A stretch of 63,371 bases of DNA, filler included, from Diploschistes diacapsis (lineage: Eukaryota): NCBI GenBank assembly GCA_023645945.1. It is 7 parts of 7 records of this genome, joined end to end, with 100 filler letters (N's around TTAATTAATTAA, not from the genome) between each part and the next. Parts side by side here need not be neighbours in the genome. Positions count along the whole stretch, not along the records: positions 23,415 to 29,156 come from JALAIB010001489.1; positions 29,257 to 57,536 come from JALAIB010000149.1; 5 more parts are not named here. One strand, given 5' to 3'. Every line of letters begins with the position of its first letter. Position 1 is the stretch's first letter. Under the pieces are notes generated by a model. The model was not told where the DNA came from. It did not search any database and saw only the letters and a program-made list of their open reading frames with translations. Positions 24,637-38,146 of the stretch are shown here, in pieces. A program made the position numbers and the translations under genes.

Positions 24637-26743
24637 TCACGCTGCCCGAATCGTAGCAGCAGGCGCAAGATCAGGTCTGGCCGGGCTCTTGGGCAACACG
24701 ACGGCAGATATCGTACTCGTCGCACCCGACGTCCCCGCCCCAGCAGCGTCAACGCCGGCAGTGAGCCCTTGGCCGGCTCTCTCGCACTCGAGCTTCTCCT
24801 GCTCCATTCGCGCACGGTCCGCTTTCGTGATCCTTGGCTTCCTCGTCGTCCCACCGCCGCGCGGTTTCTTGGCCTCGTGCGTCTCGCCATCGGCACCTGG
24901 GGTTCCGGCATGAGGGGCGGCGGCGGCAGCGGCAGCAGCAGTACCACCCCTGCCTCTACCTGCGCCGCCACCCCGTGAGCCACGACCTCCGCGTGAACCG
25001 GGACCGCCGCCACGACCGCGACCGCGTTTGGATGTGGTGGGTTTGCTACCATCCGCTCTAGGGAGATAATTAGTTATGGTATGCATGGTTAGAAACATGG
25101 GCGGAAAAGAAAGGAACATACCGTTCAACATTCGCCTGCTGGCCAGGCGCCACAAGCGGCCCGCTGTACACAAAAAAGCCATCCTTGCTGGCTGCCGCCT
25201 GCTCCTCCCACGCCAACTCGCTATCGTCCACGAACGGATCGTCCTTGTCGTACTGATCTTCCTTCATCGTGCGTTTTCTCTTCTTTGGCTTGCCATCCTC
25301 CGTCGCACTTCCCTTCTTGTCGGCATTGCTCTGGTCGCCTTCGGCCTCGGAAACATCAAGCGACATCTCGTCCGCAGAGGTCCCGTTCGCTTTGGTTGCG
25401 TTCTCGAGGGCAGCGCCAGCAGCAGCGATGCGCGCAAGGCGGTCACGCTGGGCGGCCAGTTTGGGGTAGAGGGCGTTGTAGCCATACTTCTCCTCGGCGA
25501 GGCGAGCAAAGTTGATGCACTTGTTCGTTTCGCCGTTGAGGGGAACCTCGATGATGATGGTTTGGCCGCTGATGGCTGGCTCGTTTGAAGGGCCACCGTT
25601 GAAGAGACCGGAACCGGAGAGGATGCCGGTTCCCGGTAGTGGAGGCAACGTGGGCGTGGATGTACTGTTCTTTGATTTGGTGCCCGCTTGCTTCGGGGAG
25701 GGGACATTGGACGAATTGTTTGTGGATACTGATGGCTTGCGGGAAGTGGCTGGTTTCAAAGGCTTTGTTTGAACGTCCGAGTCAACGTCCATGGCCGTGG
25801 GTAGAGGTTTCCGGTCCGGAGTCGGCGGCTTTACGGTCGGTGTGGGAATCAATGGAACGGAGCGGGGTGACTCGACGCTACCGGCCGACTTTTGCGGCTG
25901 ATGAACGAATGCATTCGGGTGAGGCGAGATGTGTAGCTTGGCCGACGACGATGACGGTCGACTGACGGATTTTGCAGCAGGATAGCTTGGCGCGCTTGGG
26001 GGATTGATCAAACTGGCGATGGATGGAGACGCACTTGCTCTGCTGGCAGTCTTGACTGGAGAAGTCTGCGCAGGTGTAGCAGGATTCGAAACTTGCATCG
26101 GACGAGGTACTTCTATTGTAGAAGACCGTATTGGATCATAATTCTGACCGCGAGAGGCCGGAGCCGTGGCTGGTGGACGTATTAGCGGAGTGTGGTTGGT
26201 GGAAGCGGTTGTGGTAAATTCGGATTTCTGAATAGCTTCACTCTTGTTCCCGATCGGGACACTTGACTGGGCTGTGGGGCCGTTCGGCGGTGTCGCAGGT
26301 GGGGCAGCAGACATGAGCCCGCTGATGCGAGGCTGCTTTGACGATTGTATCTTGTTACCCGGACCCTGTCCAGCTGCTGTTGGTTTCTGTGCACTGGCCA
26401 TGGATGCACTCAGGTGCTGTGCATCCTTCTTTTTACGAGGTTTGCGCTGCTTTGGAGCGGCGTTGCCATCATCATCCTCCTCCCCCTCCTCCTGCTTTTT
26501 CTTGGCTGTTCGGGGTTTGCGGGGCGGTTTCGTTGCCGACTCGCCTGTCCCGGCCGTGCTCTGTCTGGCAGATTTGACAGTGTTCGACTTGTGCGCAGGC
26601 GGTTTGGTGAGATCAGCATAGGCGACCGCTTTGGATTGAACCACGATAGCTTCACCTGAGGAGGGTGATTCGGGCGATTCGGGCGATTTTGGCGGAGTGG
26701 AGAGGCCTGGTGACGAACTCATCTCTCGACGGTTCGAAGCCAT
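24637..26743 (-). CDS. HPC2: HIR histone chaperone complex subunit Hpc2 (HUN domain)
   Basis: 'INFARLAEEKYG' and the HUN motif 'YDKDDPFVDDSELAWEEQAAASKDGFFVYSGPL'. Intron 25121-25058; RGG-rich last exon. Confidence 0.85.
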
Positions 26744-26747
26744 GATC

Positions 26748-26774
26748 CCACCACCACCACCACCACCACCACCA
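26748..26774. repeat. (CCA)n microsatellite immediately upstream of the HPC2 ATG
   Basis: About 9 CCA units. Confidence 0.9.
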
Positions 26775-27532
26775 AAAAGATAAAATCTAACTCCAGCTCA
26801 CAAATCACGAAGGATCAGCTTCAAATGGTCATCAGAACTAGCGAGAAGGTTACGAAGTGAAAATCATAAAATTGCAGTCGATATTGCAGTAGCGAAAAGG
26901 TCGAAAAGGGTGCAAGACCTGCAGGTCAAATGTCGCGATAACTTCACAAAACCCTCAAATGGGTTGGGTGATTGGCCGTTACTTGGCTAATGGCGGGTAC
27001 TTTTTTGGGTGTGACTTGCAAAGCTCAAAATCGTTGGCAGAGCGGAGGCTGCAATAGTGGGAACAAGGTCTAAATGCCGTTCTGCAGCACTAAAGTAAGC
27101 TCAATTTCGGTAGAGTCAACCAGACACTTTGAATTTGGGAGAAGAAGAAGGTAAAGTAAAAAAGAATGAGAAGAAAGTACGGGGAGAAGGAGGATATATG
27201 GAAGAGTTGAAGTGGGTGAGTGGTGGCCTAAGGATTATAAAAGTGAGAACGGAGTAGAGTAGCAAGGGAACAGGAATGGGCAAGGGAAGAGAGGGTATTA
27301 AAGGGCTATGGCTATGGCCATGGCGCTGGTGGAAACGGGCAGACGGGCAGACTGCACTTCATCATGGGGGATAATAGGTTTGGCAAAGACGAAAGACACG
27401 GGGGAGAAAGGATAAGTGAGTAGATATTGTCGCATTAAAGTAAGTAGGTCAGTGGGTAAAGCAACGAGTTTTGTGAGGGGGGGGGGACAAGCCAGATGAA
27501 CAAAAGGGCCAGATGAGAGATGGGGACCAAGG

Positions 27533-27573
27533 CAGACCAGACCAGACCAGACCAGACCAGACCAAGACCAGAC
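27533..27573. repeat. (CAGAC)n pentanucleotide repeat
   Basis: cagaccagaccagacc... run in the HPC2/RBA50 intergenic region. Confidence 0.9.
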
Positions 27574-28500
27574 TACGATTGGAGAGCTGCTGCATTATTC
27601 AGAGTTAGTTGTAGTGTATGCTCTCAAAGCGTTTGGTTTGTGGGAGAGGAGGAGGGAGGAGATGGAAAATGAGTGAATGGGCTTGTGCAAGTAGATAGTA
27701 GCAATTGAAGGAGGACAGTACAGTATAGAGGTACTAGAGGATAGATAGTATAAATACAGAACAGCGCTGACGAAGTATGCGGGCGGGCCTAGTATGTAAT
27801 AAATGGAAAAGATACCGATACCGATACCGATACCCAATATCTGACATAAGCATGTGCAGTATAGTATAGCTACAAGTACACAGTACAGTACACAGTACAG
27901 TACACAGTACAGAAGGCTTTCCGTCACGAACGTCGTTCTGAATATCTTGGCATGCAGCCCGCATATCACATATCACTCAACTCACGGCCACAATCACGGT
28001 CAGCTTCCGCGCGTATGTATACACAGGAAAACATCACCAAAATCAAGATCGATGAGAACATACTTGATAGAAATAGGATCTGGCATTTGCAGGAATATGT
28101 TTGTGTTCAATTTTATTTAACATTTGAAAAACTCAGACCCGGTGCCTGGTCATAGCGGCAGGATGATCATTTAATACATTATCTACCTAATGAAGACATA
28201 AAGAGCATTTAAGATTCAACAAGACAGACTCAAATAGAGGAGAAATAAGGAGCATAGGCATCATACTAAACGTCGTCTCAAAACTATCTCAACGCTGATG
28301 CAAACCGAAAGTGCATGCGTTAGGGAAACACTAACAGCGGGATTTAGGTAGCTTTAGTCCCAAATAGGCTTAAACTACCCGTCAACCTTAATCTGCAGGT
28401 GCATCCACGATTACTCAGCACTCCGTTCTATTTTTGACGCTCCCGTGCCTTGCATGATCCATGATCGCCATCACTCAGTCAGTCACTCTAACAATCCACT

Positions 28501-29156
28501 ATGGCTATCAGAGGAGAGCGCTTTGAACTCAATCTGGACTCCGATGACGAGACGCCACAGTACACCGGCCCACTGCTTGGCTCAGAGGATGCTCATTCTT
28601 TATCTTTCGTCAAAGACATCGTAGAGCGAGATTCTGCCGAGGCTGCCCCTCCAACTGTGCCCAAGCTCAAATCCACGCCGACAGGCTTTCCAGAGCACCG
28701 GAAACGATCGAGCTTCACAAGGGCTAAGCAACAGGCTGTGAATGAAGCCTCCACGGAATCTAAGAATCCGCCTTCATCCACGTTAGCAACCTCGCAAGCG
28801 GCGAATAATGGCACAAGCCGCAATGGCTTCAGCGGCCAAGATATGCAGAGAATCGACGAGGAGAACAAGCAAAAATTACAAGACATGTCAGAAGATGAGA
28901 TAGCACAGGAGAGGAAGGAACTACTCTCGGGTCTAAGCGGCTCGCTCATCGAGCGCCTTCTAAAGAGAGGCAACATGGACGAAGGAAGGCTGGACACCTT
29001 GGAACCATCGATGGAGCCTCCTTCCACCAAAGACGCAGCTTCAGACAAGAGCCTCCGGGCGTCTTCGGAGCCTCAGCAACCGTCCAAGAAAGTCACCTTC
29101 GCCTCCTCTTTCCCCTCCACAGAACCAACCCCATCAGACCCCCTCACCTCCAACTC
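28501..29156 (+). CDS. RBA50: RNA polymerase II-associated protein Rba50/RPAP1, 5' part
   Basis: 'FVKDIVER', 'TGFPEHRKR' and the RPAP1_N motif 'IDEENKQKLQDMSEDEIAQERKELLSGL..SLIERLLKR'. Cut by the contig end. Confidence 0.85.
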
Positions 29157-29256
29157 NNNNNNNNNNNNNNNNNNNNNNNNNNNNNNNNNNNNNNNNNNNN
29201 TTAATTAATTAANNNNNNNNNNNNNNNNNNNNNNNNNNNNNNNNNNNNNNNNNNNN
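29157..29256. other. Artificial contig linker
   Basis: 44 N + TTAATTAATTAA + 44 N. Confidence 0.98.
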
Positions 29257-30187
29257 GTGGTGGTGATGGCGGGAGGACAGGGAGGAGGAAGCGCCGGACG
29301 TGGGCGTCGACGTAGAGGCGGAGGCGGAGGTGGTGGAGGTGGGCGGAGATGGCTCGACGGGCAGGGAGGCGATGGGGGTGCCGTAGTGCGCGCAGAGCTT
29401 GTGCATCTGTCCTCCCACATTTAGCATGTTATCCTTTTTGCCAATCTCATTCTTCCTTCTCGTACAGCCAGCAGCGCACCAGCTCACAGCCCACAGCCAC
29501 CGCCGCCGCTCGAAGAGGGGCACTCCCCCCCCCCGTTCGGTATAACATAGAACGCACCCTCACCATCTGACTGATCCTCGCGATAATATTGTTGCTACTG
29601 CAAATAAACCCCACCAGCGCCTCCCACGCGTCCTGCCTCAGCACCCTGATCCCCGCGAACCGCGGCGCCCGCCTCGCGAAGTTCGCGTCCGCCGCCGCCC
29701 ACGCCCCGTACAGGCCCTCCAGGTGCGGGCCCAGGTTGAGGTAGTGCCGCAGGAACGCCTCCGTGTCCGCGGCCTCGGCGGCGGTCTCGTCGCGGCCCGG
29801 GCCGACGAGCAGCGCGGGCTCTTCTCCTCCTCCTTCTTCTTCTTCTTCTTCTTCCTTCGTGTCGTCTGCAGCGGGTGTCGAGGAGAGGGGCGTGAGCGGC
29901 GGCTGCGGCGGCTGCGGCTGCTGCTGCGAGGCCTGGGGCCCTGTCGGGACGGGCTGCGCGGCGGCCGAGGACGGGATCGTCGAAGAGGAGGGGGCTGTCG
30001 ACGAGGGGCGCACGGCGCGGTAGTACAGGCCGCGGCTGTCCTGGCGCAGGGAGATGAGGCGGCCGGCCAGCGCGCACGAGTACGTGTCGGCCGCGGTCCG
30101 CACCCAGCGGAAGGATTGCCCGCACCGGAGCGTCTTGTCGATGCTGAGCTCCGCCGGGGAGATGGGGAGCAGGGCGCGCCAGGGCAT
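29257..30187 (-). CDS. OGG1: 8-oxoguanine DNA glycosylase/lyase, 5' part
   Basis: 'ELSIDKTLRCGQSFRW', 'GIRVLRQDAWEALVGFICSSNN.IARISQM', intron 29563-29407, then 'MHKLCAHYG'. An alternative upstream ATG lies at 30262. Confidence 0.93.
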
Positions 30188-31004
30188 TTGATGAGAGAGG
30201 TGGCGGCGGCGGCGGGAGTTTTGGGCGCGGATGGTTTTGGGGGGGGGGAAGGATTTATGCAATGGTAAGGAGGAATTTCATCGTCCAAGTTTCTTACTGC
30301 TACGAGGGTCTTTCATTCTCTGCACTTGAACCTTAAACTTAGCGCGTCACTCTCGCGTTGAGTGCCTGAGGGGATCTGGATCGCCAAGAGAAGCCGGTGG
30401 GGAGCTTAGGGTTGATGGAGGCACATGGTTGTAAGGAGTAATGAATAGCGAAGCAATGAGCATGGGCTTCGGTGGGGGAAAACAGTCGCTACGTTGACAC
30501 ATGGTTGACGATCATTCGACGTGTAAAACAAAACGCAAGGTGTGCGACACACCGAATAAACAAGTGGAAAGGGAAGGTTCAAAGTTACTGCGGGGGACCG
30601 GCTATGCACAGTACGAGCTACCATGCCGCAGGCCAGACAACAGCTCTCAATCGAGTATTTAGTGTACTCGTCTGGCCTCGCGTGTGGGAGCAACTATACT
30701 ATCTAACGCAAGTGGGGGACTCTTCTTCGCCCTTCACGTGAAGGTTACCGGCGGACACCACGAGGAGGTGAGAGCCTTGTCCGCCGCCCTGTAAGAAGTC
30801 AACGCTCTTAACGAAGCTCCGTGTTAGCACAAAACCAAAGGGGGGATGGGGGAGCTAAATGTCAGCATAGATCCAAAAGGGGGAGATGGGAAAGGGGAGG
30901 AGACACGATCGGGCAGAAGGGGGGGAGGAATCGAGGGTTCGGACCAGGCACCGTGCAATAGGAAGGCGATGTGGACGACTCCGACGGCCACCAAAATGCA
31001 ACCT

Positions 31005-31993
31005 TCACGGAGCGTCCATCATCGTTAGATCCCCGTCGAAGTCCAAGCCATAGAAGCTAGTAAAACTAGCCCAGTCTTCCTGCCATGCAGGCAGATCAGC
31101 CTCGAGCTCGGGAACCGAGCCGAGTCGCGCCTGTCGGCGCTCGATCAGCTCCTGCACGACATTCCAACGGTAGTGGCAACACCACTTTGGCTGTCCCCTT
31201 TTGACAGGCGAGATCCACCGAATGCACGGAGAGTCCACAAAGTGGACAGCCTTCTTGACTGGCGTCGAAAAAGGCCCCGGCCTTTCCTTCTTGGGGTGCT
31301 TGAGGATGGGCTTGGGTGGGCTCCAGAGGCACCCACTCACCAACCGGCCAAACTTGCTCCGTGAGAGTCTGCGGGCACCGATTCGTGCAGCTGTTGCTAC
31401 ACGTCCGGCTGCAGAAGAGTTAGCAACATGCTATCAAAGGAAGATGTGATGCTCCATGGAGTGTAGCAGAAGTTATGGGCCATGTGGGGGGTCGCGACGA
31501 AGAAAGCGGCATGTGATAAAGACTGTGCGGTGACCACGGTATGTGACAGCTTGTGGGGTGTCGGGGAGTGAGTTGCGTGTGATGTGCTGAACTAAAGGGA
31601 AACAGCATGACACACAGTGTAGTAGTAGGGGAAGGAAGTTTTAAGAAAACATAATAAACAGTGCGTTTCCCCGATATAACTTAGAGACGCTAAACAGATG
31701 CGTGTTCAACATGTAAAGTAAACAAACACCAAGTCATTACAGAATGCTCAAGACAAAGCGTGATGGTTGTGCTGCATGCTCAAGAAGCTATGGCTGGCAA
31801 AGGATTCACAACCGGATAGAGCAATGATAGCAGGGTTAGTAGAAGGGGCAAGTTAACACGTACCGGCAGACATTATCCATCCCCAGGCCTGCTCCGCAAG
31901 GAGCATCCTGGAATCGTGGGGGTGCCGGGCGCTACCACGGACTTCGCCATGTGGGGCCTCCACATCGCCGTACAAACAACGCTCGCAAGTCAT
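31005..31993 (-). CDS. Predicted two-exon small protein (about 177 aa) with PP1-docking-like motifs
   Basis: Exon 31993-31864 (donor G|GTACGT, phase 1) joins in frame to exon 31408-31005 (branch GCTAAC, acceptor CAG). Contains KPILK and KKAVHF. Confidence 0.5.
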
Positions 31994-33566
31994 AGTAAGT
32001 ACTATGAAGAAAAGAAAAGAAAAGGAAAGAGTTGTGAGGGAAGTGCGGTGGAAACTTATAGACGGCGCGCCTGAGCGGCGGAGGCTAAACTCGCTTGGGT
32101 TTAGCGGGAGCAGAATTCGAGGAGAAAACTCAGGAGGACTCCAGCATAATTGCCTAATATGGTAATTCTTGGCACTGCATACTGACTAACTTGGTCGTCG
32201 CCTAGGGCAACAAGGTTTGGGTGGCAGCGGCGACGATGTCGACAGCACTAGAGGCAGGAGGTAATTCCCGAAGATGAAGACAGCGCTGGTTTCCTTGTGT
32301 CCAGAATAGTAGTCATACCAGGCTTCGAAGGATATTCAGGCCTCTGTGTTGAGAAACTGACAAAACCATAATTTTAGCACTCATTTGTGTGGCAAGCACG
32401 CAACATGAGCTCGGAATCAGCCATTCGATGGTGACAGCACCACAACACGTGTGTTTTCATAGAAGCTGGAATAGATGGAAGCGCCACGACTGATAGAGAC
32501 GGTTTTGGTATCGAGCCTTGTCCTTAATGGCACATGGTGGCGAATAACGGCCTCAAACGCTTCTGCAGCCATGTCACGGGTCAGAGTTACCATTTCAACA
32601 CCATATTAATCTGTTCGTCCGCTGGTGGAATCAACAGAAGCAGAAACGAGCATCTCGGGGGTCGTATAAAATACTCAGGAAACGCCAGAGAACGATGCAT
32701 TGCCCTAAAGAGCCAAAATGGCGATACTCTTCCATAACCTGAATCAAATGACACAGACCTCCGGCGAGATGTGAAAAGCATGGCGAAGGGAATATAATGG
32801 CGCTGAAAGTGCAGTCAAGCATCAACCGGCAAGCACAGAGCTGCGAGATATGGTGATATGAATAGGATATATGGAGAGCTATTATATACCTACATACGAG
32901 CCTGTGGAAACCCCTACCGCCATTAAAGCTGTCCAAGGATCTAACAGACTTCGGAAGAGCGAGTAATACCTAGCAATTGCACGCATTTGCTTTAACAAAT
33001 AGGTCGACAACAGAAAGAAGCGGCAATACCACCTATGGGAGAGGAATATGTACTACAGCAAGCTTGCGCTGAAGGGTGGCGACGCAAGCATTCAGCGGAA
33101 CCCTGCGGTGCAGACGGTGGGCCTTTGCACATTAAAAGAACTCTTCGGAGGAGCTCTAAAGGATCGCGCGGAATCTATTTCCCAGGTTCGCATAAAGTCC
33201 TTTGAAGCCAGTCATTTGAATGATTGCAGCCGTTCAATCTCTAAATGCTGATGAGGTTGGTGGCGTCATGACCAGTGGCGCCGTGATATCCGCGATGGGA
33301 ACTCTGCGGAATGAAAGCACTCTTTTTTTCTGAATGGGAACTTGAACACCATTCGAGCAATGGATGGGAGTACGTTGAGCTCGCTACTCCAGGGACTGCA
33401 TCGCTTCTTCAAAACAGCCTATTGCATGAATCCAAACCGTTCAATGACTAGCATTAGTGGAAAAGACCAACAGGGAGGTTGCTGGTGACGAGGCTGAAGC
33501 AGCCACGTGACTGTCCGTTCTACTCCAAAGGGTTCACGGGGAGCTTAAGCAGCACCAAGCAGCAGC

Positions 33567-33613
33567 ACCACCACCACCACCATCAGCACCACCACCACCA
33601 TCATCATCATCAT
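33567..33613. repeat. (CAC)/(CAT) trinucleotide repeat
   Basis: caccaccaccacc...catcatcatcat. Confidence 0.85.
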
Positions 33614-35687
33614 ACGGTGGGGTACGAATTAGCTGCATGACGGAAAAGGCTTACTCGGCCAAACAGGTAATCCAGCGCACTTTTTCGGCATACATGGGCT
33701 AGCGCGTCGCAGGATTCCAAAAGTCGATTCTCCCCTTAACCACTGGCCCATGCAGGGCCCCAAGCCACCAACGTCAATCTCTACGGTTCGGAGAAGGGTC
33801 AAAAAGGTCATCTGCCTGTACTTCGTACTTGGTAGTCTTTTGTTCTTGGAAGTTGCTGAAACAATGTCAGCGAATGGCTGTGGAAGGTCGATGCTTAGAC
33901 TACTACGATGGTTGTCTGCCTTATGGGGGTGTGGACGAGACCTATCCTGCTGGTCGGTTATCTATCAATACGCACCACCACCCACCAAGTAGAAGGATTG
34001 CTCTGTGATGTAGGTTTATGGCAAAGTGCTTTTGCATGAAAAAGGCAGCAGAAGGCGCCCAGGCGATACCACCAACAGCGTTTCATCATCATATGGTTGT
34101 AGAAAGTAGTTGTGTACAAGCCCACTCAGCGCTAAACTCCGATCGCACTAGTGCCGCTGTCGGTTCCTTGAGTGCTTTTTGAACTTTTTCCTGCGATCGA
34201 AGCCAGTGGCGAATATACTGATAAATCGAACAGACTTCGAGATCTATGATGGCGCGTATATGACTTAAAAATATCTCAAAGATTCGCCATCGGATTCCCG
34301 GGATTTAGCAGTGATCATGAAATTTGCCACCAAAAAAGCAGCCTCTGGTTGAAACCCCTGTGATATCCTTGCTAGCGAGACGCGCCAGCTCAACGGCGAT
34401 GGAAGGCTGTAACTTAATAAGGCAGACAATAATAGGGTATTGATGCTGCAAGATAAAGCTTGGCAGTCTCGGTCGGCAGCGATACCGAGGGGCTTTCGGC
34501 TGTGCCTGATGGGTATCGGAGCAGCCGCGAAGCGGTCAGGAAAGGGCCCAACTAGCAAAAGATTGACAGAAAAATGGACGCTTGTTTTTCTGTGAGTGAC
34601 AGGGGTCCCCCGTTCCAAAGCCTCCGATGCTGGATTCGTCAGGCTCGGATTGCACGATGTGATCGGCGCATATGCGTTGGAAACCGACTGCATCCAAATC
34701 AACGGGCATTGGATCGATGGAGGGCATAAACAGACAGTAGTGGCGTCAGGCAAGCGGCTGCCATGACTCGCCCTGACAAGGCCCACCACCACCACACGTC
34801 ATTCTGTCACACCCAGAACAAAGGCTACAATCTGCAAAGTTCTTTACTAACAAGTAACAACGCAAGCAAAACAGCACAACCTATAAGCGACAAGTTGTAG
34901 CAATCTGACAAGAGGAGGGGGGGGTTGGAAGAAAGTAATCGCTCGGTACAGTAAGAGAATGACGTAGATACGTAGATAGTAGATACGTAGATACGCAGAC
35001 GACGACATAGACATACGACAAGTAGGAAAAACTACCCACATGCAAACAGAGAGAGCCCTGGCACCGAGGGCCTTAGGAGAAGATTGTGTAAGTTGTCATC
35101 ATTATCAAAACAAAGATCTAGCGATCGTAGTAGGGTATATCGTCTAGGCTAATAAATAATCGTACAGGAGTATCTCTTTGCGGTCCAGAAAAAAAAAAGC
35201 AAAAAAAGATAAAAATAAAAAGAGGGGTTCAAAAGCCCCCTCCGTCACCGATTCGCCACACAACCTCAGGGTGCATATACCGGTAAGCAGCATGCATAAC
35301 CCGGCATCAAGAGAGGCTGCTCCGACCCAACATGCTGCGAGCCGTATGCCCCCTCAACCCATCAAGATTCATCTTAACGCCTCACATCACAGCAAAAGGC
35401 TTTCTTTTTGCCTTGGCCGAAGTCATCTTGGTATATCCCCCCCGGCATCCACTTTACTCATTGCAGTCGTTCCGGTCGTAGATACGCATACAAATTCCAT
35501 GGAAGGAGGGAAAAAAAGAATCAGATGCGTGTGCGCGCCTACCGCCCGGGCCTGGCCCTTGGTTGAGCCTGGAATGGGACCGCATCAAGCCTTCACACGG
35601 TAGCATTGTCCACAGACGCATCATAATTCGTGTCGGTAAAACGCCGTCGGATCCAGTATATTCTCAGGCTTGCGAACGTGACTCGAA

Positions 35688-36784
35688 TCAATCATGCGTC
35701 GAAGATGATGTCCAGGAGCCTTCTGGCGAGCCGTGGTCGTGCTCTTCGGCGTTGCGACCACCTTTATGAACTTTGCGATGCCTTCGTAGATTTGACACGA
35801 CCGAGAAGTTGCGTCCGCAGCCAGGAACTTCGCATGCAAATGCTAAGCGCGTCGTTAGTGATGATCGTAAGACAGAGGGGAAAAGTAAGACAAACGCTTT
35901 TCACCGGTATGGCTGTACATGTGAGTCTGCAGAGAGCTTGGTCGTGTGAAGCGCTTGTCGCAAACCTTGCATTTGTGCTTCTTCTGAGAGCTCGAAGAAA
36001 CTTTCGAGTTGAAAGAGCTCATCATGGACTGCGGTGCCGGGGGAAGGCTGTGGCCTACGAGTCCATTCGGTCTGGGCAAAGTTCGCGGGTTGAGGCCATC
36101 AACCGATTCCGAGGCGGAACTATAATCGGTAGCGGATGAGTCCATGGAGCTATAATAACTCCCGTAACCACTGGCAGAAGAGATAGAGGAGTGCGCGGAA
36201 TGGGCCGAAGGAAAACCATATCCGTCAGTCGTACCTCTATCACCGCGTGGGCCGTATATGTTTCTTGGAGTCATGTCGTTCTGACTCATGGCCACCATGC
36301 CTCTGGCACCGTCCAAGGCCTCGTTGAATGCGGCTGTAGTTTGCGATAGCCCGCTGTGCGTCTGCGCGCTGGACAGGCGCCTCTGGGACTGCTCCTGCTG
36401 CTGTTGCACCAAGGTTTGGCCGTAAGAAGTCATTGGCGCGTACGAGGTATTCGACTGGGGATATGTGGTAGCTGGTGCAGGTGCTGCGGTGTAGCTTTGT
36501 TCGTATGGTGGTTGAGTGGAATGCAACAAGTCTGGCTGCTGAAAGGGGACAGAGGTGTACGAGGACGGAGCCGTCGCTGGCAAAGACGCATAAGGCATGG
36601 TCATGGTAGTAGCTCTACCAGCCACTTGCTTAGGTAAACTGTCAAAGCCAGCGACTGAGGCCGAATAAGAGGGAGCTGAGGTGGTCCAAGGATTGCTGAA
36701 CTGAGGAGCTCCAGAATATGGCATGTGGTCGAAGTTAATGGAGCCAAGGTGATGGCGCTGTTGACTGTCCATGGTCATCGTCAT
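35688..36784 (-). CDS. flbC: C2H2 zinc-finger developmental regulator FlbC/FLE1
   Basis: 'KKHKCKVCDKRFTRPSSLQTHMYSHTGEK', intron 35895-35843, then 'PFACEVPGCGRNFSVVSNLRRHRKVHK'. N-terminus MTMTMD..PQFSNPW. Confidence 0.88.
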
Positions 36785-38034
36785 ATTGTTTGGAGATTTG
36801 CGGGGGACGTGCAATGGAATGCAGATCAGCGTCTAACGCGTGCAAACTTGTTTCAAATTGCCGTGCGAGGACGCGGAGAGACACGGTCAAATAAACTCTT
36901 TTTGATTTCGCAAATGACCAGGGCTGGTGGTATGTAGAGTGGCGAGAGGCGCAAAACGCAATCGTTATTCCAGGATATATATATATAGAAAGAACTATGT
37001 CAAGAGTTCCAAGGGATGGGGAAGTCTTAAGTCTGATGCCAAACTTCGTGGAGGAACAGAAGAAGGTACCAGTCACAAGTTGTGGTAGGGTAGAACAATA
37101 CCCAGGGTCTGATCGACAGAGGAGATACTCGCAATGGTAAAGATAGCTATACTTTAGCACGATTGCTCGGGTAGTCCCACAGTCAATTTGGATCAATGCA
37201 AGGTCATGAGTCGACCACGAGACGAGACGATATGAAGAACATCGAGGTCAGGGAAAGTTCAGAAAAACAGAAGGAAGAGAGATAAGGGTATATAATATGA
37301 TTTGAGAACAAGCTCCAACAGTCCCTGAACAGGGCTTGAATTTGTCCTACCAGGATGTATCGAAGGGAAAGAAAGCCATTGCGTACTAGGGGGGGGAGGT
37401 TCGAGTAAGGCGATAGTATGGGGTTGCAAGGAGCATTGGAGCATTGGACCCTTCTCCGAATAGCTAGAATCGCAGGTGCCAGAGGGGAAGGATGGATGGG
37501 AAGTGAATCGATTGGGGATGAATGGGGATGTGCCAGCATTGTTGTTTGTGCTAGAGCAAAAGTGTTTTAGTTTGTCGCTGGCACTGAACTCTCTCTCTCT
37601 CTCCCTCTCCGCATTCTTCGTGGTGGCCGGTGATGAGGGCCAGCAATATGTACCTCCGCACAAGCAAATAGTAGCATAGCATCTAAAGAGAACTTGTTGC
37701 AGAAACAGCGCAACCCTCCTTTGAGAGGTTTGAGAGGTTTGGCGCAGGCACGGGCAAATGCCGTTGGACACTCGAGTCACGAAAAGGGTGGTAAAGTGAG
37801 TAAGTGGCTTGCCTTTGGCGTCCTTTTGTTCAAGGGCTGTCACTAGCATGCTAGACGGAGACACACTAAAGTTGTTCGCTTACTTGAGGCGTACTGTGTG
37901 AACAGCGAAACAATGGATTGTGATTGTGATTGTGATTGTGGAATTCATCAATAATAGGTTTTGTTGTGAGAATTGAGAATTGAGAGCGCTGGTTAAGCAT
38001 GATATGATTCAAAAGGTGCTATATTTGATAGACA

Positions 38035-38146
38035 CTCCGTACCTCCGTACCTCCGTACCTCTGTACCTCTGTACCTCAAGTCTCGTTATTGTATTGTAAC
38101 GTACCTTACCGTACCGTACCGTACCTTACCTTACTGTACTGTACCG
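38035..38146. repeat. GTAC-containing compound short tandem repeats upstream of flbC
   Basis: (CTCCGTAC-like 7-mer)x5, then (CCGTA/CCTTA/CTGTA)n. Confidence 0.8.
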
